A stretch of DNA of 64,000 bases, from contig CM106586.1 in assembly GCA_048013815.1 (NCBI GenBank), positions 5,146,001 to 5,210,000 on the forward strand. Direction: 5' to 3'. The notes below the pieces were generated by a model. That model had not been told where the DNA came from, ran no database searches, and was given only the letters and a program-made list of their open reading frames with translations. The stretch is from Setoptus koraiensis. Lineage: Eukaryota; Animalia; Arthropoda. Below, piece by piece: positions 10,505 to 22,441 of the stretch. Both the position numbers and the translations under genes were made by a program. Every line of letters starts with the position of its first letter. Position 1 is the stretch's first letter.

Positions 10505-10935
10505 GATTGTCAAAAGATTGCCTACATTGGTTAACTAACACCCAATCCATCATCAGTTGAAGAGTCTTATTTAAAACAATGTTTCATGTGGGCAATAAAA
10601 GATTTGGTATTGTTGCCCTGTAGATATCAACAAAATTATATTCTTGTCCTTACATATCTAACCTAGCCGTAGTATCTACTATCTCTTGATCAGATCAGAT
10701 AGGTCAATTTATGTGAAATCTGCCTCATAAGGACTTTATTATTAGACCCAAATTATCATGATTCCATCTATCTTCAAACATAAAAATCTATTATAGTAAT
10801 ATTCGAGATCGTCTTACAATTTTTCTGGCTTAGTCGCCTCGTATTTTATTCAAACAAGTTTGAGCATCTATAGCTATAACGATGGTCCTTCCTCTGTTAT
10901 TTTTCCAACTTCTTCAAATCACACACAAGCTGTAA

Positions 10936-11298
10936 TTAGACCTTTTGATTTTTGCAACAACATTTGATTGTACTTCCTGAGTACTTGTAATTATTGTCGC
11001 TGTATTCCTCATCACCACAAGCCTTGCGACAAGTTTCATCCGGACGTAGAAGTTGTGACATATCGATATCATCCAAACTTTTAATCTCACCGAGACATGC
11101 TGCAAGGTCTTTTTCCATAGAAGCGAGCAGACGATCTCTGATATCGTTTGTCAAGCCATTGAAGTATTCTACTCCAGATTTGAGCAATTTTGATATTTTA
11201 GTTTGCTTCTCTTCAGTAGGTAGTTCGTTCCCACTTGTACAGAATATATAAAAAGAGGCAATCAGGGACAAGATGATAAAAGGTTTTATCCAGGCCAT
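10936..11298 (-). CDS. Small secreted cysteine-rich protein of unknown family (120 aa)
   Basis: ATG start, signal-peptide-like N-terminus (MAWIKPFIILSLIASFYIFCTSG) and six Cys in the mature part, ending CRKAC...KCCCKNQKV. Single ORF between AT-rich flanks. Confidence 0.7.
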   Translation of the reverse strand: MAWIKPFIILSLIASFYIFCTSGNELPTEEKQTKISKLLKSGVEYFNGLTNDIRDRLLASMEKDLAACLGEIKSLDDIDMSQLLRPDETCRKACGDEEYSDNNYKYSGSTIKCCCKNQKV

Positions 11299-11537
11299 TA
11301 TTGAGTAATGTAGATACTTGTGTCTGGTTTTTCCAATATATTATCAATACAATGCTCTATAAAATTGTGATTTTGGCTTTAATTGATAGAACTTGTAAGA
11401 ACGCTCTAGTGCTTTTGATCCCAATCTATAAGTGAAGTCTATAAATAGATAGACATCGTTCCCAAATTCCTGATATAGAATAAGCGTCACATCATTCAAC
11501 GATTATGGACAAACTTTTATTTTTGTTGCTATCACAT

Positions 11538-14500
11538 TCATAAAGAATTGAGATGAGGATCGCCAACGAAAGTATTTACAAGAGGATCGCTTAAATCACT
11601 CAGGTTTGGTGTCTGAAAATTGTTTCCCAAGTCAACATCATCGACATCCAAATTATTTACAGAATCAACCATAGTATTGTCATGGTTAAAATTTAAAGAA
11701 CTTGAACCACAATCCATATCTTGAGTTTTTGTTGGCACAGGCTGATTCATTTCGGCAGATACACAAGATGGAATAGAGTAGGTTGTGGGCATAGCGAGCG
11801 GCGATGGATTTGTGGTTTTCTCAAATCTAGATAAGACGTCCGTAGCGTGCGTCGTGTGTGTGCTAGTTGTCGGTTGGACCATGCTGACAGACATTTGATT
11901 GCTCATGGATTGATCATCAATTGATGTGTCTCCTAGAGTAGTTGGAGTGATCAGATTTGAACTCGGCGAATGATTCGAGATTATTATGTTGTCGAGCGGT
12001 GGCGAGGAAGAACGGGCAGTGGGCGAGGAAGCCTCAGATTTTGTATCGAAGATTATGCCCCCTAAGTTATCATTGGATGAATCATTGTTGATTGCGATAG
12101 AATTCAATGTTCCTTCAGGGTTTTTCTCCGGTATAGTAGATGTAAATTCCATGGATTTACTTGTTAAGGTATTAGTCAAATTGAAACTAGGCAGTGGGTT
12201 ATTGATCTCTTCCGAATCTGTGCAAGATGATAACAGATTTGAGTCAATGTCAATCATTTTGCTGTCTGATTCTTCTTCATCGTCACTAAAGAGTTTGATA
12301 ACTTCGGGTTCAGTCCTCTTGGTGAGCGGTGGTTTCCCAGTCTTGATATTTGTCGTACCGTCTAACCCAGTGGCATTTTCAGTACCTTCTTGTTTTATGA
12401 TCGGTGATATACCTTTGTTGGAAGGTTTGTCAGGTTTTTCTTGTTTGACCATTGCATTAAGGATATCATCTTCATGGTCAGCGTTCGAATCGAGCGTGAT
12501 AGGAATTTGATCACCGAGTTTATCGAAGTACGTGGGCTTCGCCAATGTCCAATCAAAAGGCTCAGATTTGACAATCGTGTTAAATAAAGTAGCTCTTGAA
12601 TCTAGCCTATTCAATTCGTTTTCAGAAGATAGTAATCTCGCGTAGATAGGATCTTTTATATCAAGCTTCTCCATGAGAACAAACGTCTGTTGACTCAATC
12701 TCTTATCCAGTAATTGTTCAGTATGGGTATTACCATGTACCTCAAGAATGAGGCCTGGAAACGGAGAATCTGGGTCATTGTGTTGCATGATGGATTGCGA
12801 GAGAGCTGGAGCATCGTCATCCGAGTCATCGGATAACTCTAATTCGCGACTCAATTGTTTCCTAGATGTTTCCGTCACTCTATTTCGATTGTTGTTTTGC
12901 TTCTTCTTTATGGGTGAATCCGAAGCAGAGCTCTCGTACGATTCGTAGGTTTCAATATGGGCTCTTTTGCGAGACTTTGGAGAGGGAACCCTAGACTTTT
13001 GTAGCTTCCTTGGTTCATCATCGCTGATTAGTCGGCGCCTCTTCTCTCTCTCCTTCCTTTCTCTGGCTTCGATTAAACCTTGTAGATTTTCCTGGTAACG
13101 AGATCTATCTGAATTGTTTCTAGTAGCTTTGAGCCTCTCTAAGGAGCGATTCATATCACGATGATAATTAGATTCGATGAGCGGATCAATAAATACCATC
13201 CTAGTATGAGCAACAATGTGTTCGTACGATTTCATGTGATGCTCAACATCATTATCGTCAAAAAATCCTCTGTCACATAGAGTGCAATAAGCTCCAATAG
13301 TTGGAATGAGAAATCTTTGTCCTCGATAAGCATTCATTTCAGGTTTACTGTTGACCGTTTCACCAAGATCGCCAGAATTTTCGCTTGGTTCACCTTTATC
13401 AAGCTTCTTGATAGATTTATATTTCGATGGATCAAATATAGCCTTGAAATCATCAATGCTGAGGTTTACTCCATTTCTTTCTGCCTCCGCTTTCACCACT
13501 TTGTCTATCACATCCAAAGTTTCCCCTTTTGTCAAAAACTCGGTAGTGACTTTAGACCATGGCCGGGTTTTGTTTTTCATTCTAGCCAAATGATTCTCAG
13601 AATGTATATGCACACAGTACTCCTTAAAGGATTTCATATGCACGTCGCAAATTTGACACCAATTGTTGGCATCTTCCAAGTTCAGTTGGGCATTAGATAA
13701 ATGGCTCTCACGTTCCAGCCGATTCGGTGGTTCAACAGGAGGACCTGATGGAGTAGTCGACATTTTGGGTCTACTTTTTTTTGTCTGGTCAGGTTTAGAT
13801 GCAGGACGATCTGTAAGATCGGATGTTCTTTTGAGATTGAATTGACTTTCTAGTCTGTCCCATAAAGAGTTGAGTTGCGATTTCAATTCGCGTTCTTTGA
13901 CGCTTAACGCGGTTAACTGGTCTCTAAGATGTCGATGCTGGGGATCATTATCATAATAACTCCCTCTGCTACTTCTTTCAATGTCAGACTTTTTACGGTC
14001 AAGATTTTGCCTATTTTCATTCAAGTTACCTAGGATGCTAGTGATCTCCTTCTTTTTGCTAAGTAACTGTAACATACTCATAGAAGCAACGTCGTCTCTT
14101 TGATTATTGAAAGATTTCTTGGGAATTTTTCCTGCCTTATCCATCTTATTTGTAGTCACAGCATTGCTAGATGCTCTAACTTGAAGGCCTAATGGACGAG
14201 CGTCCACTTTCGGATTGATCACGGTTGATGGATTGAATCGTGAACCAGGTGATTTACTTCTGGGTGTAGAAAGAGGTGGCAACGGGGAATAAGTTAGTGG
14301 TCTTTCATTTGAAGTGGTGACGTGATCGATATTGTCACGATTATAAGGCCTTGAAGGATGATGATGTTCAGTGTCTGATGGTTTGTTGAGGCTGGTGTTG
14401 ATCGTTTTATCGCTGGAATTTGGTTTCTCACTAGATCTACGAATTTCATCAGCCATGTGCTTGATCTGTTTGGGCGGTTGGGTTTTAGGTCTGGAGAGAG

Positions 14501-15437
14501 GACGGTTATTTTGTCGAGAGTCCATTAGTCTCATCAGAGTAGGGTTCTGCTCATCTGCACTGGACAAAGAATCTAGAGATGGTGGAAAGCTAGTGCTAGT
14601 CGCATTATTGGATATATCGTTGTTGGTAGATTGCAGGTTGTGATGATTTCCTGCTTGTTTCTGTTTGTCTGCATCCTCGGGGAAGTAAGGTTTAGTGAAA
14701 TTAGTGACGGGCACTTCGACAGGTCTATATCTGTAATCACTGTTCGCAGTCGAAACCGTAGATGAAAAGACACTATTAGGTTGACGATTGTAATAGCTGT
14801 TTGAATTACGAGTAAGAGATTTAAAGTCCGAGACAGACGTTTTTTTCAGAAATGAGCCAGCAGCTGCAGCACTGCCGCTTAGGCTAGATGTAGCTGAACT
14901 AAATGACGGATTAGCCATAGGATTGGAGTCGGCTATGTCTGCGCTAAATGTTGAGGGCCGGGTCCGCGTTTGACTGTTGAATAACGATTCTGGCATTGAT
15001 GAAGACGATGGCGCGGAGAAAGTATGTTGTTGCTGTCCAGTTTGTTGATTATTCTTTTGTTGTTGATCATTTCTATTATAGAAGCCGGAGAAATGTGACG
15101 AGGTGGTGGTGGTGTTAGTGGTAAAAGGTCGCCCGGATACGTCAGTTGTAAAACTGCCTGAGTTGGAGTTGGGTAGGGATAGGTTGGATTGGTGGAAATG
15201 TGGCACAGCAGAGGAATATGCCGATACTGTAGATGGTTGCCTGAAATTGGTATCTATAGTGGAACGTTGTAAGACAGTGTTCTTTTCCAACACGTCAGGA
15301 TTAAATGGTACAATTTCGGAGGTAGTTGGCTCATTGTAGGTGCTGGTATAGCTTTGTGTATGGGTTCCTCCTTGAGTTTCCAGCATAATCTTACGGATGT
15401 CGTCCAAGTCATCGATTTCGTCCTCGTCGATGTCCAT
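11538..15437 (-). CDS. ZNF318-like matrin/U1-type zinc-finger protein
   Basis: Intronless ORF of ~1300 aa, mostly low complexity. A coiled-coil segment (LRDQLTALSVKERELKSQL) precedes two matrin-type fingers, WCQICDVHMKSFKEYCVHIHSENH(...RPW) and GQRFLIPTIGAYCTLCDRGFFDDNDVEHHMKSYEH, the arrangement seen in ZNF318/CIZ1-like proteins. Confidence 0.72.
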   Translation of the reverse strand: MDIDEDEIDDLDDIRKIMLETQGGTHTQSYTSTYNEPTTSEIVPFNPDVLEKNTVLQRSTIDTNFRQPSTVSAYSSAVPHFHQSNLSLPNSNSGSFTTDVSGRPFTTNTTTTSSHFSGFYNRNDQQQKNNQQTGQQQHTFSAPSSSSMPESLFNSQTRTRPSTFSADIADSNPMANPSFSSATSSLSGSAAAAGSFLKKTSVSDFKSLTRNSNSYYNRQPNSVFSSTVSTANSDYRYRPVEVPVTNFTKPYFPEDADKQKQAGNHHNLQSTNNDISNNATSTSFPPSLDSLSSADEQNPTLMRLMDSRQNNRPLSRPKTQPPKQIKHMADEIRRSSEKPNSSDKTINTSLNKPSDTEHHHPSRPYNRDNIDHVTTSNERPLTYSPLPPLSTPRSKSPGSRFNPSTVINPKVDARPLGLQVRASSNAVTTNKMDKAGKIPKKSFNNQRDDVASMSMLQLLSKKKEITSILGNLNENRQNLDRKKSDIERSSRGSYYDNDPQHRHLRDQLTALSVKERELKSQLNSLWDRLESQFNLKRTSDLTDRPASKPDQTKKSRPKMSTTPSGPPVEPPNRLERESHLSNAQLNLEDANNWCQICDVHMKSFKEYCVHIHSENHLARMKNKTRPWSKVTTEFLTKGETLDVIDKVVKAEAERNGVNLSIDDFKAIFDPSKYKSIKKLDKGEPSENSGDLGETVNSKPEMNAYRGQRFLIPTIGAYCTLCDRGFFDDNDVEHHMKSYEHIVAHTRMVFIDPLIESNYHRDMNRSLERLKATRNNSDRSRYQENLQGLIEARERKEREKRRRLISDDEPRKLQKSRVPSPKSRKRAHIETYESYESSASDSPIKKKQNNNRNRVTETSRKQLSRELELSDDSDDDAPALSQSIMQHNDPDSPFPGLILEVHGNTHTEQLLDKRLSQQTFVLMEKLDIKDPIYARLLSSENELNRLDSRATLFNTIVKSEPFDWTLAKPTYFDKLGDQIPITLDSNADHEDDILNAMVKQEKPDKPSNKGISPIIKQEGTENATGLDGTTNIKTGKPPLTKRTEPEVIKLFSDDEEESDSKMIDIDSNLLSSCTDSEEINNPLPSFNLTNTLTSKSMEFTSTIPEKNPEGTLNSIAINNDSSNDNLGGIIFDTKSEASSPTARSSSPPLDNIIISNHSPSSNLITPTTLGDTSIDDQSMSNQMSVSMVQPTTSTHTTHATDVLSRFEKTTNPSPLAMPTTYSIPSCVSAEMNQPVPTKTQDMDCGSSSLNFNHDNTMVDSVNNLDVDDVDLGNNFQTPNLSDLSDPLVNTFVGDPHLNSL

Positions 15438-16568
15438 TTTCAATATGTGAATCTAATCAATTATAGAATCTGTACAAGACTCAGTATAGCAAGGCAATGG
15501 CGGATAGCAAAAATTGTGACGATGATGAAATAGGAGACTTAGAGTTTGACTTGGAGCAGCAATGGTTACCAATGGCTCAGGGTGATAATTTTCATTTGAG
15601 TCATAAACAATAGACAACGATGGGTGATAGCCGTTTTTCAGAATAATAATTAATTGCCAGCTGAAAAAGGATGAAAACTTCGATAATTTGTATCTTGTGT
15701 GAAGAAATAGCAACGGAGCCTTGCCAAACTGGTTGATGATAGATGTGCAAGCCGCTCATTTAAACTCACATGCCCCACACAATGTGACCCGCACTCACGA
15801 TGACTACAGAATGACCATTGTGGATGTATCTGCACAGAAAACATTAAATGCACTGCGAATGCTGTGAGTGAGAAACGAGCATTACTAATTCCAAAATGAG
15901 CGGGCCATGTTGCTCTGCGCGCATTCCCACCGGGTAGGCTGGCCTAGCGGGTATGAAGGGGTATTGCGGCTTGTTGGTTCAGTGCGTAACTTTATTGAAA
16001 GCAAAATTTTTACAATAACAACATAGGCGTAAACTGCTATACAGTACCAGGCGATATTTGGCCTGGTGCCGAGAAGACGATTCCGCAAGATGTTTGTTTA
16101 CGGCAGCTATCGTGACCCAAACACTACCCCAAACCCGGCCCATTGATCAAACGATTGCGGGTGAGCACAGAAAAAAAGAAAACACCGTACCTTGTGCGCG
16201 AGAGAAAATTGTTACAACCATGTTGGCTACACCAAGTGCGCCAGTTGGCCCGACTAAAGCGTCAACACACTGATTGATAGTGAGTGATGGCGCCAAATTT
16301 GAACACAAAAAATTGTCGCTCTCACACAAATCCCATGGACAGATGCTGACAGCGAATGAATGTAAATAATATCTGTGGCGTTGCTCCAGCGAATATTCAC
16401 CGTTGGACAGGTCGCGTTTCTCAGCTGCTCAGTAACTTAGACAGTTGTTAGTAAATATCATCATCATGGCAACCAATTATTAATCCAACGTCGTCATCAT
16501 CACAATTATTATTATCCATTGATGACTATTGCCTCGCTTAATTGACTGGCACACGCGTAAAAACGACA

Positions 16569-18656
16569 ATGGATGACAATAGTAGAAAATTAGTGAATGA
16601 AGTTAAAAACTTGGATTCCTTGCGCCACTTCTCGATGAAATGTTGCAATCAAACAAAATCCATGTGCGACATATTACTATTATTTGACAACAGGCTACTA
16701 AAATTGGAAAGAACCATCCAACCCGTCTACAAGACAACTGGAAATTTGCAATCTAAACAGGGCGAAATAGTTAGAACATTAAAACGATTGGACTCTGTCA
16801 TAAAATACTACTCCGTTACCAGTGAAGTGGAGGCCACTATTGTAGCGGGGCCATCAAATCGTCTAGATCGTTATATGGAATGCTTAGACAGACTGAAAGA
16901 GGCAATAAATTATTTTGAAAATAAGAATCCAGAAAGCCCAGAGCATGAAAATGTCGTCTCATTATACAAGAGGGGCGGTAATGCTGTCGAACGCGAATTT
17001 AAACAAATACTACTTAGATATAGCATGCCCATAGCACCCATAGCCTTGTTGGATATGATCAATGATGATGTTAGTGAGCAGCAATTAGATTCAACAAATA
17101 GTGGGACCAGCAACGCTAGCAGCACAAGCTCTGTACAGGTTATTAACAAGCGAGCACCACCAGACATACCACAGGAGACAATTGAAAAACTTAGAGTAAT
17201 GTGCGAGTGGTTATGCGCTAATATGGACGGCGACTTTTTTGCCGGCTACGTAGAGCCAAGATCAGAACTTGTCAGCAAATCGCTAGAATCTTTGCAAAAC
17301 TATCAAAAGTCGAGGAGTGCTACATACGCCACTAGAGGTGGTGTTGATTCACCAGAAATGTCTGTAAGAAAAAGAATGACAATCTCCGGGGGTTCAGGTT
17401 TATCTAGAGAGTCCCAAGCTACGACGAAACGTACACCAAAATCTATTCAAATGGCCTTCAAGCGCAAATTACACAATGTTATACCCGGAGAAGTTCTCTC
17501 ATCTAAATTTTATGACCCTCAACAATCTAGTGCAAACGTGCTAGATGATACATCAATTACCGAGCGTGAGATTGTCAGCTATCTTACCTGTATCACAGCT
17601 TTACACAAACTTGTCATGAATGAATTGAATCTTATGTCTAGCATCATTCCGTTAGATTATCGTGCGGACATTTTCGATCGACTCATTCGACCAGCTCTAA
17701 GATTGATCGTCAACGAGGCCACTAGTCTATCGATGCGCGTAAAGAAGTCCATATCACGTCACGATTTTAAATCCTGCCTGAATCTATTTCCTATCCTACG
17801 CCACCAGACGCTAAGAAGGCATAATTTTGATTTATTGTTCGAAGGATGTCAATCAACAAACGAATTGACGAAGTTCCAGGGATTGATTGTAATCTTCAGA
17901 ACTACTATCAACATATCACTAGAGGAGTTTGTTAGCTTTGTCAAGAATGATCTAGATATGAAGGTGCCTGACGATGGAACTGTCCATGAACTTACTAACA
18001 ATGTTATGATTTTTATAGTGCAGCTTTACGATCATCTGGATATTTTGTATGATGTAATAACTGTCACCGATTCCAAGTCCATGGGTTATTGTACAAATAA
18101 GAATAAGCTTGCCTTTGCACAATATATATTGAGATTGTTGTCGGCTCTAGGGCTGACTTTGAAAAAGAAGAGCGAACAGTCCTACACTAACATATTTTTA
18201 CGTGCCATTTTTGAATTGAACAATCATCATTATATCCTCAAAACTCTGAAAGAGTCATCTCTTCTGAACATTGTGCATATCTACAATGATGAAACTAGTG
18301 CGTTCTACGAGGGACTTATCAAGGACGAGAGAAAGATATACCTGGCAAGTTGGAATCAAGCTCTAGACTATATAACCGAGCCGCAAGACGCTAGGGGTAA
18401 GTCTATCAAGGAACGATTTTCCGGTTTTAACAAAGAGTTCCAGGAACTACATAAAACGCAAAGTTGTTACGCTGTACCTGATTCAGAACTACGCAACGGT
18501 CTCAGGAAAGAAATAAAGGATTACTTGGTGCCAAAGTACAGAAATTTCTATGAGAGGTATAGAAAATCTGACTTCACAAAGAACAAGGACAAATATATAA
18601 AGTATACGCCCGAACAAGTGGCATCTATGATAGAGGAATTTTTCGAAGCTGCGTAG
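16569..18656 (+). CDS. EXOC7: Exocyst complex component 7 (Exo70)
   Basis: DILLLFDNRLLKLERTIQPVY, GPSNRLDRYMECLDRLKEAINYF, VPDDGTVHELTNNV, AIFELNNHHYIL, IKERFSGFNKEF, YAVPDSELR and FTKNKDKYIKYTPEQV. ATG at 16569; intronless. Confidence 0.96.
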   Translation: MDDNSRKLVNEVKNLDSLRHFSMKCCNQTKSMCDILLLFDNRLLKLERTIQPVYKTTGNLQSKQGEIVRTLKRLDSVIKYYSVTSEVEATIVAGPSNRLDRYMECLDRLKEAINYFENKNPESPEHENVVSLYKRGGNAVEREFKQILLRYSMPIAPIALLDMINDDVSEQQLDSTNSGTSNASSTSSVQVINKRAPPDIPQETIEKLRVMCEWLCANMDGDFFAGYVEPRSELVSKSLESLQNYQKSRSATYATRGGVDSPEMSVRKRMTISGGSGLSRESQATTKRTPKSIQMAFKRKLHNVIPGEVLSSKFYDPQQSSANVLDDTSITEREIVSYLTCITALHKLVMNELNLMSSIIPLDYRADIFDRLIRPALRLIVNEATSLSMRVKKSISRHDFKSCLNLFPILRHQTLRRHNFDLLFEGCQSTNELTKFQGLIVIFRTTINISLEEFVSFVKNDLDMKVPDDGTVHELTNNVMIFIVQLYDHLDILYDVITVTDSKSMGYCTNKNKLAFAQYILRLLSALGLTLKKKSEQSYTNIFLRAIFELNNHHYILKTLKESSLLNIVHIYNDETSAFYEGLIKDERKIYLASWNQALDYITEPQDARGKSIKERFSGFNKEFQELHKTQSCYAVPDSELRNGLRKEIKDYLVPKYRNFYERYRKSDFTKNKDKYIKYTPEQVASMIEEFFEAA

Positions 18657-19081
18657 GTCAAGCTGCTCATTTGATCATACATTGTTACTAATATTATTAT
18701 TATTATAATTTTGTCTAAGTTTTACTGAAATAAATACCAGATGCAATAAGGTATGTGAAAGTTGGTAGTGATTAGATTCTTTTAGGTTCCTTACGAACGG
18801 GCTCCACAGGAGCGAACTACTATACATTTGTAAGCAGCACTAAGGGTTTTTCTCGAAGAACAACGAGTGTTTTTTCTCCGTTCATCAATCAACAGATTCA
18901 TTGTCAGTGGTCACATGGAGACTATTGTGATACGGTCCTGTAATAGTATTTGGCTACGCTTCCTTTTTACCCTAATAACCACAAACCAATGCCAAAAGAG
19001 AGGATTTCGTCAGAGAAGAGTTTGTCTAGAAATAGTGCGAAATAGTGCATGGGGTCGAAAAAGAGAACTGGCTGAATCTAC

Positions 19082-21167
19082 TCACTCTTTTACAACGGAG
19101 CTCATATAGCTTATTTCGATACTTTGTATGTTATTCAGTTGCAGGCCAATTGACTTGGCATCATGGATTTGGGCTCGCACGAATTCGGGCGTTGACTGAA
19201 CTTGGGGCCCGCTTAGAATGGCCGTCATTATGTCCATGTGTTCGGGCCAGGGTCCAAATAGCTGGCTTGACACAGTTTGATTGGTGTTGCCCATGTCGTC
19301 TTCGAGTGTGAACGTAGCAAAAAATTCCGGTTGCCCCTCCAGTTCTCTAGTCAGAATGAGCCTGACGTGATAGACGTGCTCTGCTCCAACAGATTTGTTC
19401 GTGTGTGGAACATATCAGACAGTATCAGCATTGACAGATCAATTAGATCATCGGTTTGTTTGCTTTAGTTTGCTTTTCTTCCACTGACCACTCTACTTAC
19501 CACAGTAAGGCTCTTGCTTGTTGGGCAGCATGTAATAGAGCCTCTTTTCCATGCTTGTCGTGTCGTAGAGACGCTCAATTTCAGTTCGCTGATGCTGCAA
19601 CATGGCGCGAGCCTCTTCGCTTGGCTGTTGGTATTCAAAATCCATCACATAACACTGATTGGGCACCCCAGGTGAGCCTGTCTCGTAGCCACAGCTACCG
19701 CAACGGCCCCTAGCGAAACTCTGATAACTGTCACACAAATAGGCAACATATTGGCACTGTTGTTGCTGTTGCAATTGTTGAAATGCAAATCTAGTGGAAA
19801 AGTAATGCTCGCAGGCTATTGTTTCGCTGTTGTCACCAACTCTAAATAACCATCTAATAACAGCTATAAAGTATTGTTTTGCCAATGACTGTGAGCGCCA
19901 CACCGAACACTGGTCGGGTTGATATCGACCATCGCCCACTCGCACATTGAACTGGGCTATATTATGTCTATTACCGAACGGGCTGGTGTTAGTTACGAAA
20001 GCGTCCACTTGTTTTGCATCGGTGGGCCTAAGACCGTAATAGTTTTGAGTGTCCTCGTGGCCCAGCTCAAAACAGAAGCCACCAGTGTCCAAACTAGTGA
20101 TGCGTCCCATCGTTCGGGGCCCAAAGGCCTCGCGTGACGCTATTCCACAAATGTGAGCCCCGTAACTATGACCAAGACAATGCCACATACCGGGGTCCAT
20201 GTTGCCCGATTGTTTAAGCCAGCGAAACATTTTCGCCAGACGTTTTGCAATAACAAAATTGTTATTGAATACCTGGTACAGTGTGCCCATGGCTGATTTG
20301 GGCCAATTTACAAGTATCACCTGATGATCCCTTGATTGCAATACTGTGTCTCTAGTGGCCAGTGGCCAATACAACGATTCAACGCTGCCCATGAAGCCAT
20401 GCAACACAAATATTGTCTTTTTGTCCGCTTGCAATCGCGTCTTGACAAACAAATCGTCTGTGAGATCTTCATCGGCGTAAATAATGCACGCCTCATCCGG
20501 TTTGCTAGAATTGGTAAATATGTACCACTTGGGCTCTTCCGGCGGCTTGAGACTGTCAAACACGGACAGGGGACAGATGAGGTTGTTGTTGAACTCCAAG
20601 AGACTTTTGGTGCCATAAACAAACGACTTCATCACTCTGCCCGTGATGCCGGCTATTCCGCCACTGATACCGCCCACCAAACCGCCAATCAACTGACCGT
20701 CTATCGTCAATAGGATGTATGGCACAAAACAAAACAAGACACAGTTCATTTGTGACACGCTCATTAGTACTTGATCAGTTCAATCATCATTATCACTAGC
20801 CAGTGTATCATTATCACTGCCAAGACAAGCCAATGCAAAGATATCATGCTCAGACGACAAACGATACGAGGCGGCTCATGAGATTTGTAATGATTTTTTT
20901 ATTACCCGTTTGATTGGCCAGCAGCAGCAAGGCGATAATTGGCCCGCTTAGGCCAATGACAAAAGTCAACTGTTTCCATGACCACAAGCGGCTTGTTTGT
21001 GTTGTTGTTGTTGTTGTTGCTGTTGCCGTCCTATTGCTTGGCGCTGCTCTCAACCTGCTGTTACTTGCATGATGCAACCTGAATCTTGAGAATGTAGCCT
21101 GAACCCATACTGATACTGATAAATACGACGCTGATAATGGTGCTGGCGCTGCTGAATCTAACTTCAT
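19082..21167 (-). CDS. Pancreatic-lipase/phospholipase A1-family lipase with PLAT-like tail; exons 20906-21167, 19501-20700, 19082-19380 (~586 aa)
   Basis: HGF oxyanion motif, nucleophile GHSYGAH, acid RITSLD and His in ACEH. Phase-1 introns 20701-20905 (GTAATA..TAG) and 19381-19500 (GTAAGT..CAG) join the frames (PYC|EHVYHVRL). A further intron at 19085 (GTGAGT) is possible, so the 3' end is uncertain. Confidence 0.85.
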
Positions 21168-21915
21168 AATCCCATCAACTACTGCTGTTATCTACTCTGT
21201 TGTTGTTGTTGTGGTTGTTGTTGCTGTTGTTTTTGCTATACAATGCAATGCGACTGTTTGATGTTCATTTTGAGACTCATTAAGACTTGCTCACTTTTGA
21301 CGATCAAACAAAGTCCAAGTTCACACGACATCCAACAACCACCGAAGCTAAAAGAAGATTTATGTGTCATCAAAGGATTGATGATATGTGTTTATTTTAT
21401 GGCGCCAATATATTTATTAGTCTACCTTGATAAATCTTTCTGTTGACGGCGGTTCTCATTAGTCTAATGATGATAACGAGCGATGATGATGAAATAAGTT
21501 GCTCTCTTTTGGGAATAAAACAGACACATTCAGTCTTGCCAGCCGGTGTGTCAGTAATTTAAACGTGTGAAAAGAGCAAACGTCATTCACTTCACAACCA
21601 ATTGCCACAGATTACGTTATGCAATGAAAAACCAAACAGCCTAACAGCTACGCTTGTGTAGCTGTTAGGCAACACAATTTAGACCCAATTACTAATTAAT
21701 CGAACAATCGAACAGATCAACACAACGAACACAAATCATAGCAATCGGAGCAAGCCCCACAGAGAATTGATCAAGGGCTCGATAAAAAATTCGATTAAAA
21801 ATGATTCGAATAGCTCGACAGGCGACCATGCTCTATTTAATAGTGTTAGCATCTCTCTATAAGTAATATATACTCATTAGCGTTCATTCACTACTGCCAA
21901 CTACTGTGTCTGTGT

Positions 21916-21921
<6 letters not shown>

Positions 21922-21967
<46 letters not shown>
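21922..21967. repeat. (AG)n microsatellite
   Basis: About 23 perfect AG units. Confidence 0.95.
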
Positions 21968-21971
<4 letters not shown>

Positions 21972-22441
21972 TAAAACAAAATAAAAAAAAATATAGAGAA
22001 AATGCTTGCATGATAAAATGAGTAATGGAAATGGCTCTTCCCAGGATACAGTCGAGTTTAGTGAGCGAGTCATAAATCACAGCAAGAGCGATACTTTTGT
22101 GCAACCAAACGATCGTTAGTGATTAACTAGCAGCAAGATTAACCAATCAAGGAGACAAACGCAATGGGCAAAAAACAGACAATTTAAACACGATATTTGA
22201 CGTAACAAATTGCCTTGACGGGCCCCAATAATGTCAGTCAGCCAATAATGGTCGGTAGTTATAATAATGACAGCAGACGGGCAAAAATTTGGTAGCGCAA
22301 AGGAGAAAAAGTTCAATGAAACATGGGTGATAGCATAACAATTTATTACCAAACATCAGATGGATGTGTAATAACAGGTGGCGTAATCAATATTGATCAT
22401 ATAAAATGCTTACTGAATGTAATGAATGCCAACAGCATACA

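Noticed and set aside
20701-20764. Signal-peptide-like start of the lipase ORF in the track (MSVSQMNCVLFCFVPYILL)
   Set aside because: It coincides with the polypyrimidine tract and acceptor of intron 20701-20905, and an upstream phase-compatible exon exists.
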